In this document: positions 18,063 to 28,267 of the stretch, in pieces
Layout: the number at the start of each line of letters is the position of its first letter
Position numbering within the stretch: position 1 is the stretch's first letter
IMG/VR virus record: IMGVR_UViG_3300035670_000059
Coordinates: 1 to 64,000 of that record
From: a virus
Direction: 5' to 3' (one strand)
DNA length: 64,000 bases
Position numbers and translations under genes: made by a program
The notes under the pieces: model-generated
What the model was told of the DNA's origin: nothing
Databases searched by the model: none
Seen by the model: only the letters and a program-made list of their open reading frames with translations

Positions 18063-21000
18063 ATGAGTTTAGTTCAATATACTATATCTAATAACTCTTC
18101 GGTTGGTAAAACCTTTACGTACAATAGTTCTTCTGTAACTTATAATATTTTTGTACCTGGTTTTACCTCTTCTATTTTTTTAGGAGATAATACCCCTACA
18201 CCTTCTTTATTAATTACTGGAAGTATGGTGCCTGAAGATACTTTTGTATCTGATGCTTATATCCCACCAAGTGGTTCTGCATGGTTATGGAGTAATGGTA
18301 ATAAAGTACAGTACATTAAAATTTCTAATACTCCCTTAACAGGTTCTAATATTAGTTCTGTTATAAACCAAGCAGAATGGATTGAATTCTCAATGGTAGA
18401 AGCTAGAGATAAAGATGGAAATTATCTATATCCAACTGCTCCAAATTCTGCTATAGTAGAAAGATATGTAATAGCTAACGCTAATGATCAAGGAACATAT
18501 AATTCTATAATTATAAATGATTCTTCTACTGAAACTTCAATAGCAATTACTTCTAATACTTCAAGTGCGGAAACTGGATTTTCATATATTGATTCACAAT
18601 TTGAAATAGACCAAGATTGTAATCCATTATTAAATAATGCTACAGAACCTAGAACTAATGAATGGTTGCAAGATGTTGACTACTCCGTAAATGTAATAAT
18701 ACCTATTAATTTTGACCAATTAATAAATTTTACTGCTACTAAAGCAGCAGTTCCCCAATCTAATTACACACAACTAGGATTCGTTCATTCTAGATATGCT
18801 GGTAGTTCTACTACTCGAGAACAAATTAATGAATATAATACATCATCAATAGTAGATATTGAAAACAAGTTTGTGTATAATGATGAAGCCCCTTCATCCT
18901 TTATAAATAAAGGCAAAGGTTCTCCATTAGGTAAAATACCTAATGTTGAATTAAATAATGCTTATATAGCATATTTTGACAGAATTCTAGATCCATACCC
19001 AATATTAAATAATAAAGTAGCATATTATGTAAAATATTTAATAGATGAAGGAGGAAATATACTAGATCCTAGTATATCCGATATAAACTTTTCTATATCA
19101 AAAGATACATTCCAGTTAAAGGATTATGACAATAAACCTACTAGAATAAATACTGCAGTATCAAATATAGAACAAGGAAAAGAATTAGCAAAATTAACAG
19201 TTGGTTTAAGTTCGGTATATAAAGTTGGAGCTTATCCTTCTCCTATTCTTTACACACAAATTTCAAGTATTGGGCATGCTGATTCAATAATAATGTCCGG
19301 AAGTAGATTTCTTACAGCTTTAGGAGTAGGAGGAGTATTTACAGATTTTGGGGCTAATATATTTGCTACTCAATCATCATTTCCTCTAGCATCATCCCAA
19401 CTAGATGCTATAACTTTACCTGATACTAATTTAACATATGTTTCTGCTTCTATAACTTTTACTGATCCTGAGGTAGGGAGATTTACTACAAGTAGTATTA
19501 GTACTGCTCCTATATTATTTCCTCATGATCCAAATGGAACTCCACCAAATACTTCAGGTAGTGCTTTATCCGATAATTATACATTAAATGGATCTTTTAC
19601 ATTTACAACTTCTACTATTCCTGCTAGATATAGTGGGGATACCCAATCTGATTTTAGAAAACGAGATGTTTATTATGGATCACTTGGATCTTTAGCTACT
19701 AAACCTATTTTTGTTAATTTAAAACCATATCAAAAACCACCAACAACCCCAGATACTGATATCAATAATTATACTTTAAATACTACTGATTTTAAAGTTA
19801 ATGCTATTAAATTAACTATAACTGTTAGACCCGGAGAATCTAGTCAAGAAATTAAAAAAACTTTAAATTTAATCCAAAAGCCTGCAGGTTATAGTGACCA
19901 ATGGGTAATTAATTCTACAGGTCTTGTATTTACTCCTGATAGTTTGTACATAGAAGATTTAATTTTAAAAGAATTATACAATCAACCCAATGTAACAGAT
20001 AGTACTACACGTAATCTTGCTCGAGTTTTAATTGGTGGGGGATGGGGATATTTTGGAGGTTCTGTAAAAGGAACAGATGGGGTTGCAGTAAAATATGATT
20101 GGGGAATAGATTTTGAACAATCTAACTTTTCTCAAGGATCAGGATTTTATTTAAAAGTTGAGGGTGGATTTAATTATACCCAAGGAGCGGGTAGACATGG
20201 AGGATTTTCTGGAAATAAATTTGCAGATGATGTATTCTTATGGTATAATGCTGGAGGGGAAAGTAGTAGTGGTATCCAATGGAAAAGAACCTTTTCTCCT
20301 AATTATAATCTTAATCCTGCAGTAACTACTCCAGTATATTCTAAACCTATTCTTAAATATTTTATTACATCTCCTTTCTCTTCTGCTGGACAAGTTAAAA
20401 ACGCAGCACCTGGTCCATTTTGGAGAAGATACCCTGATTCAGTTGATGAATTATATATGTCATCTTCTATTTTAAATCAAACTTACTACAATGAAGAAAG
20501 TAAAAAAATTTTTGTTCAGGCCCATCTACCTTATGTAGGGGCAGTAAGTACTGATTTCCCATTAACTGTAGAACCTAGTTTTATTGAATTTGAGCCCGTT
20601 ACTGATATTTGGGAAATGAAAGAAGGAGATGAGATTAGATTTGAAAATAATGAAAATTTAACTTATAAAGTTACTTCTGTAGAGGGTAGAAGAGCTGTTT
20701 ATCCCCCTGAGGATGTTAATAGTGATTTACCTATAAATAAATTAAGAGTAGTAGTTACTCCTCCATTTGAATATACTGCATCTAATGGGCAAATTATTAA
20801 AAATGAACCCTCTAATTTTGATTTTTTTGTTGTCCGAAGATATAAAGAAAATAGAAATTTTATAATTTTGGATCAACAAATGCCATATGGTATAATTTCT
20901 ACAGGAAAAGGTGAAATCGCATTTTCTGGAGAAGATGCTTCAGTAGGAATAGAACCTGTAAATCCCTCTTCCTCTCCCGGTCTCTTACTCCCCCAATATC

Positions 21001-21071
21001 GAGTTAGTAGATTTAATACTAATCCTGATCTAGTACTTAAAGATCTTATTGAAAAAGGTATAGTAACATAA
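18063..21071 (+). CDS. large virion structural protein (probable continuation of upstream wedge protein)
   Basis: Own TATTTATA at 18044; DCNPLLNNA..R...LQDVDYS...AAVPQSNYT segment; S/T-rich. Confidence 0.65.
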   Translation: MSLVQYTISNNSSVGKTFTYNSSSVTYNIFVPGFTSSIFLGDNTPTPSLLITGSMVPEDTFVSDAYIPPSGSAWLWSNGNKVQYIKISNTPLTGSNISSVINQAEWIEFSMVEARDKDGNYLYPTAPNSAIVERYVIANANDQGTYNSIIINDSSTETSIAITSNTSSAETGFSYIDSQFEIDQDCNPLLNNATEPRTNEWLQDVDYSVNVIIPINFDQLINFTATKAAVPQSNYTQLGFVHSRYAGSSTTREQINEYNTSSIVDIENKFVYNDEAPSSFINKGKGSPLGKIPNVELNNAYIAYFDRILDPYPILNNKVAYYVKYLIDEGGNILDPSISDINFSISKDTFQLKDYDNKPTRINTAVSNIEQGKELAKLTVGLSSVYKVGAYPSPILYTQISSIGHADSIIMSGSRFLTALGVGGVFTDFGANIFATQSSFPLASSQLDAITLPDTNLTYVSASITFTDPEVGRFTTSSISTAPILFPHDPNGTPPNTSGSALSDNYTLNGSFTFTTSTIPARYSGDTQSDFRKRDVYYGSLGSLATKPIFVNLKPYQKPPTTPDTDINNYTLNTTDFKVNAIKLTITVRPGESSQEIKKTLNLIQKPAGYSDQWVINSTGLVFTPDSLYIEDLILKELYNQPNVTDSTTRNLARVLIGGGWGYFGGSVKGTDGVAVKYDWGIDFEQSNFSQGSGFYLKVEGGFNYTQGAGRHGGFSGNKFADDVFLWYNAGGESSSGIQWKRTFSPNYNLNPAVTTPVYSKPILKYFITSPFSSAGQVKNAAPGPFWRRYPDSVDELYMSSSILNQTYYNEESKKIFVQAHLPYVGAVSTDFPLTVEPSFIEFEPVTDIWEMKEGDEIRFENNENLTYKVTSVEGRRAVYPPEDVNSDLPINKLRVVVTPPFEYTASNGQIIKNEPSNFDFFVVRRYKENRNFIILDQQMPYGIISTGKGEIAFSGEDASVGIEPVNPSSSPGLLLPQYRVSRFNTNPDLVLKDLIEKGIVT

Positions 21072-21101
21072 TATTTATAACAAAATATATATTTAAACAA
21101 A

Positions 21102-21761
21102 ATGGGATATTTAAATAATACCGTAATTACAGTTGATGCTATATTAACTAAAAAAGGGAGAGAAGCCCTAGCTCGAAATGATGGTTCTTTTCGTATTACA
21201 CAATTTGCTCTTTCTGATGATGAAATAGATTATACCCTATATAATCCTACTCATCCATCAGGATCTGCATTTTATGGGGAAGCAATTGAAGGAATGCCTT
21301 TACTTGAAGCATTCCCGGATGATCAGCAAATCATGAAATATAAGTTAGCTACTTTACCTAGAGGTACTGCTAAACTTCCTATCTTGAATCTAGGATATGA
21401 TGCTATTACATTAAAACAAGGTGCATCTCTTTCTATTACTCCACAAACTCTAAACTATTTAGATAACGTTTCTACATTTGAAACTAGTGGGTATGTAGCT
21501 ACAATTGCAGACGTTAGATTAATGTCTTCATTTGAAGGATTAGGTATTAATACACAAACTGCCATTGATCAAAATTCAACTTCTACTATTGGTACTAACG
21601 TATCTAAAACTGTTATTGGAACTCAAATTAGTTTAAGAGCAACAACAGTTAATACATTATTTGGAACTAATTCCCAACTAAGAACTACTTTAACTGTAGT
21701 AGGATTGGATAGTGGAGCCAGAATTACAATTCCTGTTACAATTAACAAAACTACAACCTAA
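21102..21761 (+). CDS. baseplate/tail structural protein
   Basis: DAILTKKGREALA..ITQFALSDDEIDY, resembling a tail-collar N-terminal motif; TATTTATA at 21072. Confidence 0.7.
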   Translation: MGYLNNTVITVDAILTKKGREALARNDGSFRITQFALSDDEIDYTLYNPTHPSGSAFYGEAIEGMPLLEAFPDDQQIMKYKLATLPRGTAKLPILNLGYDAITLKQGASLSITPQTLNYLDNVSTFETSGYVATIADVRLMSSFEGLGINTQTAIDQNSTSTIGTNVSKTVIGTQISLRATTVNTLFGTNSQLRTTLTVVGLDSGARITIPVTINKTTT

Positions 21762-21769
21762 TATAAGAT

Positions 21770-22789
21770 ATGGGATTTAAACGATTTGACCCCGAAGATT
21801 TTTTAGTAAGTGCTGATGCTGTATCATCTACGGTATGGTCTGGAAATAGTCCTGAATTAACAGCATTTTATTATTCTACTGCTCAATTTCAAACTGCAGG
21901 TGATTATTACTTATCTATTTACCAAACTGCTTCTTCTAACCCAAGTGCAGAAGTACAATTTGACATAGCATATGGTAATAGATATGGAAGCGGATCTTTA
22001 TACTACAATACATCAGTTCCAGGAGTATCTCCTTCTTCTACTATTTTTGGGCAATATAGAAGCTTAATATTAGAAGATGAAAATTCTCAATTTTTATTTG
22101 GTAGTGTAACTGGTAGTTATTTTTATGCTATAAACGTATCTAGAGCAAGATACAAAGAAAAATTATTACCTGGTTCTTTAAACCTAAAGTTAACAAGTGG
22201 TTCTACTACTCTATCTTTAACGGATAATTCTCAAAATGGTAATCTCCCTCTTTATTATGGAACACAAAGAGCATATCAAGTAGTAAGTGGCTCTGATGGT
22301 TTACCTTATAATTTCTCTTCTGGTGGAACAGGATTTACTCCATCTTCTGGATCTTATGGTTTATTTTTTCCTGATACTTCTATAATTTTATTAAATGGTA
22401 TAGCATTAGATTCAACCGGATCTGCTGGTGGTCTTGGATTAAATACTAACCTAACTCCTAATACAGATGGACAAAATGTATTAAAATTATACACCGCTTT
22501 GGTTAGTGGTAGCTCATTTGAATTAAATTCCGAAGAAACAATCACTTCAGATTTTGTATTTGTTAGATCTAGAAATGCTGAATTTAATTATTCAACAAAT
22601 CCTAGCTTCATTTCAGGTTCTACAGGTGAAGTAATTTATCCATATTTTATTAATAGTCCTCAAGTTTATCCAACAACTGTAGGTTTATACAATGACGCTA
22701 ACGAATTACTTGCTGTAGCTAAATTATCAAGACCACTCCAAAAGAATTTCACCAAAGAAGCACTAGTTAGAGTAAAGTTAGATTTCTAA
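21770..22789 (+). CDS. tail/baseplate structural protein with tail-collar-like C-terminus
   Basis: TTVGLYNDANELLAVAKLSRPL motif. Confidence 0.7.
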   Translation: MGFKRFDPEDFLVSADAVSSTVWSGNSPELTAFYYSTAQFQTAGDYYLSIYQTASSNPSAEVQFDIAYGNRYGSGSLYYNTSVPGVSPSSTIFGQYRSLILEDENSQFLFGSVTGSYFYAINVSRARYKEKLLPGSLNLKLTSGSTTLSLTDNSQNGNLPLYYGTQRAYQVVSGSDGLPYNFSSGGTGFTPSSGSYGLFFPDTSIILLNGIALDSTGSAGGLGLNTNLTPNTDGQNVLKLYTALVSGSSFELNSEETITSDFVFVRSRNAEFNYSTNPSFISGSTGEVIYPYFINSPQVYPTTVGLYNDANELLAVAKLSRPLQKNFTKEALVRVKLDF

Positions 22790-22794
22790 GATGA

Positions 22795-24702
22795 ATGGCT
22801 GTTTTCAAAACATTAAATTCCCAAGATGTAATAATATCCCCTCTCAAAGTAAGTAAAAACTTTAGCTTTGAGGGGGCAAGTGCTTTAACTGCCTCCAATG
22901 TAGGTATAGATAGATTTTTAGGCACAAACGATAATTTTTTGACAAACCAATCCCTTACAGGCCAAGTATCTCAGGAATACCAAGTTACAGTATACAACTC
23001 TACTAAACAATTATATTACACTAACTACCTTTCAGGTAGTTTTGGTGAAATATCAAATGCTGTAGTTCCTAGTTTTAATCCGGATGGTACTATTACACCT
23101 CCATCTAGTGGTTCTCAAACATATAATACTTTGTATGATAACTTTGAGACTACTACTTTAAACCCACAGAAAATATTCCCAACCGAAAGTATAGGAGTTA
23201 TATCTATTCCTACTAAATTATTTGGTGATTACATAAAACCTGGATCATTCCGAATAGAAAGCTCAGTAAGCGGAACTTTGTACGATGATGGTGAAGGCCG
23301 AGTAAAATCAGGTTCTAATTATATAGGTAATATTATATACGAACATGGTATTGTAATAATTACAGATGGCAATATTATAACTCCTACTACCACTACAACA
23401 ACTACTACCTCTACTACAACAACTACAACTATAGCACCTACATCAGGTAATAAAGAGTTAATACTAAATATATGGAATAAGACTACTGAATCTATTGATT
23501 ATGCTAATGTAAACTTTAACTTTGAAGATTCACCAAACGTAAGATCATTAAATACTTCAAGTATATTTGCACCACCCGTTTATTATTATATTAGTGGTAG
23601 TCAATTACCAATAGGTAAATCAACCATTAAAACTAAAATGAATTTGACAAGTTCATTTACATCTTCCATTCTTACTTATAATGTAGAACCGGATATTAAT
23701 AGTTTTGCACAAATATATACTATTTCAAGTAGCTTCTTCACTGATGGAACACTAAGGAGCGGGGGTGGTGTATCATCACCTACATCAATAGTGACTAATC
23801 AAGTAAGTGCAGATCTTAATTTTAATCCTACTACTTGGACAACAATGAGTTTGAATATAACCGCAAGTTATACCTCATCAGTAAATAAAAATATTATTGT
23901 AGAAACACAAAATAATACTACTTGGTATGCCGGAACTGCATCTACTAATGATATATGGGTGAATAGATTTGACCCGTGGTTCTTTAAGCAGGATACATAC
24001 CCAAGTGGATTTTTAACAACTTCTGGGACAAGAGTAATAAGTGGTAGTGATAATATAGCAACAGCTATTGAATGGCCAATTGGTTATGGAAGATTGAGTG
24101 TTACACAATCATTTTTCTTAGATAATGTATTTTATTCATCAACCAGTGGTATATTTGATACAGCATTAACAACTGGTGTATCATACACGCCTGGTGCAAT
24201 AAATTATGATAATTTCCAAGTTATTAAATCAGTTACTACAATAAATGATGCACCAATAACAGGTAGTAGAGTATTAGAATATAGAGTTAAAAATAATACA
24301 ACTGAATCAATAGATACATTATGGTGGGCATTTGATTTTAGTGATTCACCAAACTATAGGGAACCTACAAATCCAAGTATATTATCTGGATACAAATATT
24401 ATATATCTGCATCAAATATACCAGTAGGTGATTCAGTATATAGAACAATTGTCAATTTTACAGCATCATTAGTTCAGCCACCACAAAATTACAATTTATA
24501 TATGGACCCTGATGATGCAAGTTCAGTTGAGAAATATAGTTTTACTGGTAGGATTAAACAAGATGGAGTCAGTATAGCTTTGGTAAATGATTTAACTGCA
24601 TCAAAACTTGATGTATTTCCACCTGCAAGTTATTTGAACCCTATGACATGGACAACTTGTAGTTTTGAGTTAACTGCTAGCTTAATAGGTGGAGGTATAT
24701 AA
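22795..24702 (+). CDS. structural protein: paralogous N-half, Thr-rich linker, duplicated beta domains
   Basis: IKPGSF..LYDDGEG..GNIIYEHG then T8ST6; two repeats of NxTTESID..DSPN..YYIS..NPxTWTT. Confidence 0.7.
   Translation: MAVFKTLNSQDVIISPLKVSKNFSFEGASALTASNVGIDRFLGTNDNFLTNQSLTGQVSQEYQVTVYNSTKQLYYTNYLSGSFGEISNAVVPSFNPDGTITPPSSGSQTYNTLYDNFETTTLNPQKIFPTESIGVISIPTKLFGDYIKPGSFRIESSVSGTLYDDGEGRVKSGSNYIGNIIYEHGIVIITDGNIITPTTTTTTTTSTTTTTTIAPTSGNKELILNIWNKTTESIDYANVNFNFEDSPNVRSLNTSSIFAPPVYYYISGSQLPIGKSTIKTKMNLTSSFTSSILTYNVEPDINSFAQIYTISSSFFTDGTLRSGGGVSSPTSIVTNQVSADLNFNPTTWTTMSLNITASYTSSVNKNIIVETQNNTTWYAGTASTNDIWVNRFDPWFFKQDTYPSGFLTTSGTRVISGSDNIATAIEWPIGYGRLSVTQSFFLDNVFYSSTSGIFDTALTTGVSYTPGAINYDNFQVIKSVTTINDAPITGSRVLEYRVKNNTTESIDTLWWAFDFSDSPNYREPTNPSILSGYKYYISASNIPVGDSVYRTIVNFTASLVQPPQNYNLYMDPDDASSVEKYSFTGRIKQDGVSIALVNDLTASKLDVFPPASYLNPMTWTTCSFELTASLIGGGI
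23386..23430 (+). repeat. Thr-rich repeat (T8ST6)
   Basis: ACN codon run. Confidence 0.95.
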
Positions 24703-24726
24703 ATAAATTAAATAAAGTTATATTAA

Positions 24727-25659
24727 ATGAAAAAATTACGTTATGTTTGTGCACAACCTGCTAATAATTATTACACCTGGCAGATAGAAGTTATGATAAA
24801 TAATTTTATATCTATGGGAATTAACCCAAATGATATAGATATTCTTTTAGGTTACAACCCTAAAATTGATAATGTTTGGCTTAAATTGCAGCAATCCTAC
24901 CCACATATAAGATTTTTTTTCTATAAAGACGATAGAGAAAATAAAACATATATCCCCTCTATTTATTTTTATTTAATGAAATGTCATTTAAAAGAGCATG
25001 GATATTTAGAAAATGAAACTTTATTTATCCACGACTCCGATATAGTATTTACTCGCCCCCCTCAGTTTGAATCTATGGCTTATGATAGGGCATGGTATTT
25101 ATCTGATACTAATTCATATTTAAACTATGATTACATTCAACAAAAGGGAAATCATATATACGAAAAAATGTGTGAAATCATTGGTATAGATAAGCTAATC
25201 CCTAAATTAATGAACAGTAATTCAGGTGGAGCTCAGTATATTGTTAAAAATACTACTTATGAATTTTGGAATAAAGTGGAGCTTGATAGCGTAAGTTTAT
25301 ATAAATATTTTTGTGATGAAGAACCTAATTATGTTAAAAACCATAGTGGTGACTACCCAATTCAAAAATGGACAGCAGGAATGTGGTCTTTTTTATGGAA
25401 TGCTTGGTATTTTGGTCATGAAACTATTGTAGATAAAAGACTAGATTTTGGATGGGTTACAAATCCCTACTCTGATGTAGAAAAATATTCAATACTTCAT
25501 AATGCTGGTGTAGTTGATAATTCTAAAGGATTATTTTATAAAGGTGATTACATAGATAAATTACCATATGGGGTAGATTTAGAAATAGATAAAAGTAAAG
25601 CTTCATATTATTATTGGAATGAAATCCAAGAAACTAAATTAAAGAGTTGTTTAATTTAA
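24727..25659 (+). CDS. GT-A glycosyltransferase resembling peptidyl-serine galactosyltransferase/HPAT families
   Basis: YYTWQIEVM N-terminal motif, DxD (HDSD), GGAQY, KWTAGMWS, ILHNAG. Confidence 0.65.
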   Translation: MKKLRYVCAQPANNYYTWQIEVMINNFISMGINPNDIDILLGYNPKIDNVWLKLQQSYPHIRFFFYKDDRENKTYIPSIYFYLMKCHLKEHGYLENETLFIHDSDIVFTRPPQFESMAYDRAWYLSDTNSYLNYDYIQQKGNHIYEKMCEIIGIDKLIPKLMNSNSGGAQYIVKNTTYEFWNKVELDSVSLYKYFCDEEPNYVKNHSGDYPIQKWTAGMWSFLWNAWYFGHETIVDKRLDFGWVTNPYSDVEKYSILHNAGVVDNSKGLFYKGDYIDKLPYGVDLEIDKSKASYYYWNEIQETKLKSCLI

Positions 25660-25675
25660 ATATATTTATAATAAA

Positions 25676-26005
25676 ATGCCTTCATTACACACTGATTTTA
25701 TATTAGCATTTGTAACCGGTTCAAATGTAACTTGCTCTTTTTCAAGTTCATATACTTTATATGAAACTCAATATAAATGTACTATTGGAGCAGATGAATA
25801 TAACTATTCTAACAACCCAAGTATAATTTCAGGCAGTGAAGGACAATTGTACAATTTTGCAACCGGTTCTTTTTTTGCACCTTATGTTACAACTGTTGGG
25901 TTATATGATGGATCTTATAATTTGTTAGCAGTAGCTAAACTAGCTAAACCACTTCCCACTTCCCGTACTACAGATACTACTATATTAATAAATTTCGATA
26001 AATAA
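25676..26005 (+). CDS. tail-collar-like C-terminal module (probable detached C-terminus of the 22795 protein)
   Basis: YVTTVGLYD..LLAVAKLAKPL, paralogous to C-terminus of 21770 protein; own TATTTATA at 25663. Confidence 0.7.
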   Translation: MPSLHTDFILAFVTGSNVTCSFSSSYTLYETQYKCTIGADEYNYSNNPSIISGSEGQLYNFATGSFFAPYVTTVGLYDGSYNLLAVAKLAKPLPTSRTTDTTILINFDK

Positions 26006-26011
26006 TTAAAT

Positions 26012-26461
26012 ATGAATTGGTTATATAAAGGGAATGCAATTGAGGATATCTCTCAATTTCCCGAAAACACGTACGGTTTTGTTTACATTGTAACACATAC
26101 CCCTACAAATAAATCCTATATTGGTAAAAAAGTACTTTACCACAATAAAAAAACCAAACTAGGAAAAAAGGAAATAGCTACACAAACAGGTCCAGGTAGA
26201 AAACCTACTACCAAAATAGTAACTAAAGAATCAGATTGGAAAACATATTACGGATCTGAAATAGAAATTAAAAAGTTACTAGCTGAAGGCAAACACAACG
26301 AATTTGAACGAGTTATTTTAAAATTAGTTGACAATAAAAAATTACTTACGTATTTTGAGGTTAAACACCAATTTATATACGAGGTTTTGGAACACCCCAA
26401 TGACTGGTTTAACAACAACATTTTAGGAAAATTTTTCTCCAAGGATTTTTTGTCTTCCTAA
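26012..26461 (+). CDS. GIY-YIG family nuclease
   Basis: YGFVYIVT..KSYIGKK, WKTYYGS, NNNILGKF. Confidence 0.75.
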   Translation: MNWLYKGNAIEDISQFPENTYGFVYIVTHTPTNKSYIGKKVLYHNKKTKLGKKEIATQTGPGRKPTTKIVTKESDWKTYYGSEIEIKKLLAEGKHNEFERVILKLVDNKKLLTYFEVKHQFIYEVLEHPNDWFNNNILGKFFSKDFLSS

Positions 26462-26480
26462 ACCCCATATATTATATTAA
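26449..26480 (+). promoter_or_regulatory. Bacteroidota-type promoter (variant)
   Basis: TTTG-N20-TATATTAA just upstream of primase. Confidence 0.5.
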
Positions 26481-26485
26481 GGGTT

Positions 26486-27418
26486 ATGGTGAATCAACTA
26501 CTATTAGCATTAGTAAACTCGGTTTTAGGAATGGGCAAATCCACAGCCCGAAACAACTATGCCTACCATTGTCCTTTTTGCCATCACGTTAAACCTAAAC
26601 TAGAGGTTAACTTAACAGAAAATAAAGAAGGTAAAAATCCATGGCATTGCTGGTCTTGCGATATGCGAGGAAACAGCATTTATTCTTTATTTAAGCAGTG
26701 TAAAACTACTCCCGAAAACATATCTAAAGTTAAGGCTTTAGTGTCCTCTTCTACCTATTCACTTAAAGATACTCAAACGGTAAATACCGTGTCTTTACCT
26801 GAGGAATATGTTAGCCTAGCGTGTCCTGATCCAAATGATATCATGGCTAAACACGCGCTAATCTACCTAAAAAAACGCAATATTAGTCAACATGATGTTA
26901 TAAAATATAACATTGGATATTGTTCTAAAGGATTATATGCTAATATGATTATATTGCCAACTTATGATAAAGATGGTAAATTAAATTACTTTACAGCTCG
27001 TTCCTTTGAAAAAAATCCCTACGTAAAATATAGAAATCCTTCCGTTAGTCGAGACATAATCCCAAATGAACATTTGATCAATTGGAATCTCCCGATAGTG
27101 CTATGTGAGGGACTATTTGATGCTATTGCAATTAAACGAAATGCTATTCCTTTATTAGGTAAAAGCATTGAACCTAATTTAATGAAACGTTTAGTAACAT
27201 CAGCAATTGATAAAATCTACATAGCTTTAGATAAAGACGCTATTAAACAAGCACTAAAATTTTGTGAAATGTTAATAAACGAAGGTAAAGAAGTATACCT
27301 AGTTGAACTAACCAGCAAAGACCCATCCGAACTCGGATTCAAAAACTTTACTAAATTAATCCAAAACACAATCCCTTTAACCTACTATGGTTTAATGGAG
27401 AAAAAACTAACATTATGA
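26486..27418 (+). CDS. DNA primase
   Basis: Zn finger CPFC..HCWSC; TOPRIM CEGLFDA and ALDKDA; KDPSE. Confidence 0.92.
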   Translation: MVNQLLLALVNSVLGMGKSTARNNYAYHCPFCHHVKPKLEVNLTENKEGKNPWHCWSCDMRGNSIYSLFKQCKTTPENISKVKALVSSSTYSLKDTQTVNTVSLPEEYVSLACPDPNDIMAKHALIYLKKRNISQHDVIKYNIGYCSKGLYANMIILPTYDKDGKLNYFTARSFEKNPYVKYRNPSVSRDIIPNEHLINWNLPIVLCEGLFDAIAIKRNAIPLLGKSIEPNLMKRLVTSAIDKIYIALDKDAIKQALKFCEMLINEGKEVYLVELTSKDPSELGFKNFTKLIQNTIPLTYYGLMEKKLTL

Positions 27419-28185
27419 TCAAAAAATCATACAATCGTATCCTAGAGGTATCTAAAGATCACAAGCAAATTACTCTTCCAGATTCAAGATACTACAGACG
27501 TAATGGAGAATATTACCCTTCAGTAACATATGTTTTAAATTCATACCCTAAAGGTAAACATTTTGAAGAATGGTTGAAACGACATGGTTATACTGCTGAC
27601 TACATTGTAAAAAAATCAGCTGAAGCTGGTACATTAACTCACGAACTTATAGAATCATACCTAAATGGTGAAGAAATTAATTATTTAGATTCTAAAGGAT
27701 ATCCTACAATGGATATTGAAATCTGGAAAATGGTTTTACGCTTTGTAGATTTTTGGGAAACACATACTCCAACTTTAATTGAAACTGAAGTACATCTATT
27801 TTCAGATGAATTAAAAGTAGCAGGTACTTGTGATTTGGTATGTGAATTTGGGGGTGAAAGATGGATTATAGATTTAAAAACATCTAATCATTTGCAAACT
27901 ACCTACGATTTGCAAGGAGCAGTTTATGCTAAATGCTATGAGGAATGTTTTGAGAAAAAAATTGACCGAGTAGGTATACTTTGGCTCAAATCATCTTCAC
28001 GAGGTGAAGATAAAAGTGGCAATAGAATTAAAGGCAAAAATTGGGAAATTCACGAATCCGAAAGAACACAAGAGGAAAATTTAGACATATTCAAATCAGT
28101 ATATAAAATATTTAGTCTAGAAAACCCAAAACACAAACCAGCTAGCGAAAGTTTTGTAACAACTATAAAAAGAAATATAGGATAA
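27415..28185 (+). CDS. PD-(D/E)XK exonuclease
   Basis: YPSVT, GTLTH, AGTCDLV, IIDLKTS, Q..Y motifs. Confidence 0.85.
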   Translation: MIKKSYNRILEVSKDHKQITLPDSRYYRRNGEYYPSVTYVLNSYPKGKHFEEWLKRHGYTADYIVKKSAEAGTLTHELIESYLNGEEINYLDSKGYPTMDIEIWKMVLRFVDFWETHTPTLIETEVHLFSDELKVAGTCDLVCEFGGERWIIDLKTSNHLQTTYDLQGAVYAKCYEECFEKKIDRVGILWLKSSSRGEDKSGNRIKGKNWEIHESERTQEENLDIFKSVYKIFSLENPKHKPASESFVTTIKRNIG

Positions 28186-28187
28186 AA

Positions 28188-28219
28188 TTTGGAGAAGCAA
28201 AAGCTCTTTCGTAACTTTA
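28188..28219 (+). promoter_or_regulatory. Bacteroidota-type promoter
   Basis: TTTG-N20-TAACTTTA; TATTTATA also follows at 28246. Confidence 0.6.
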
Positions 28220-28267
28220 TACTATTAAAATTTAAATAAAGGTTATATTTATAATAAACTATTTTTT

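Noticed and set aside
27415-28185. Cas4 assignment for the PD-(D/E)XK nuclease
   Set aside because: No C-terminal Cys cluster and no CRISPR context; position next to primase fits a replication/recombination exonuclease.
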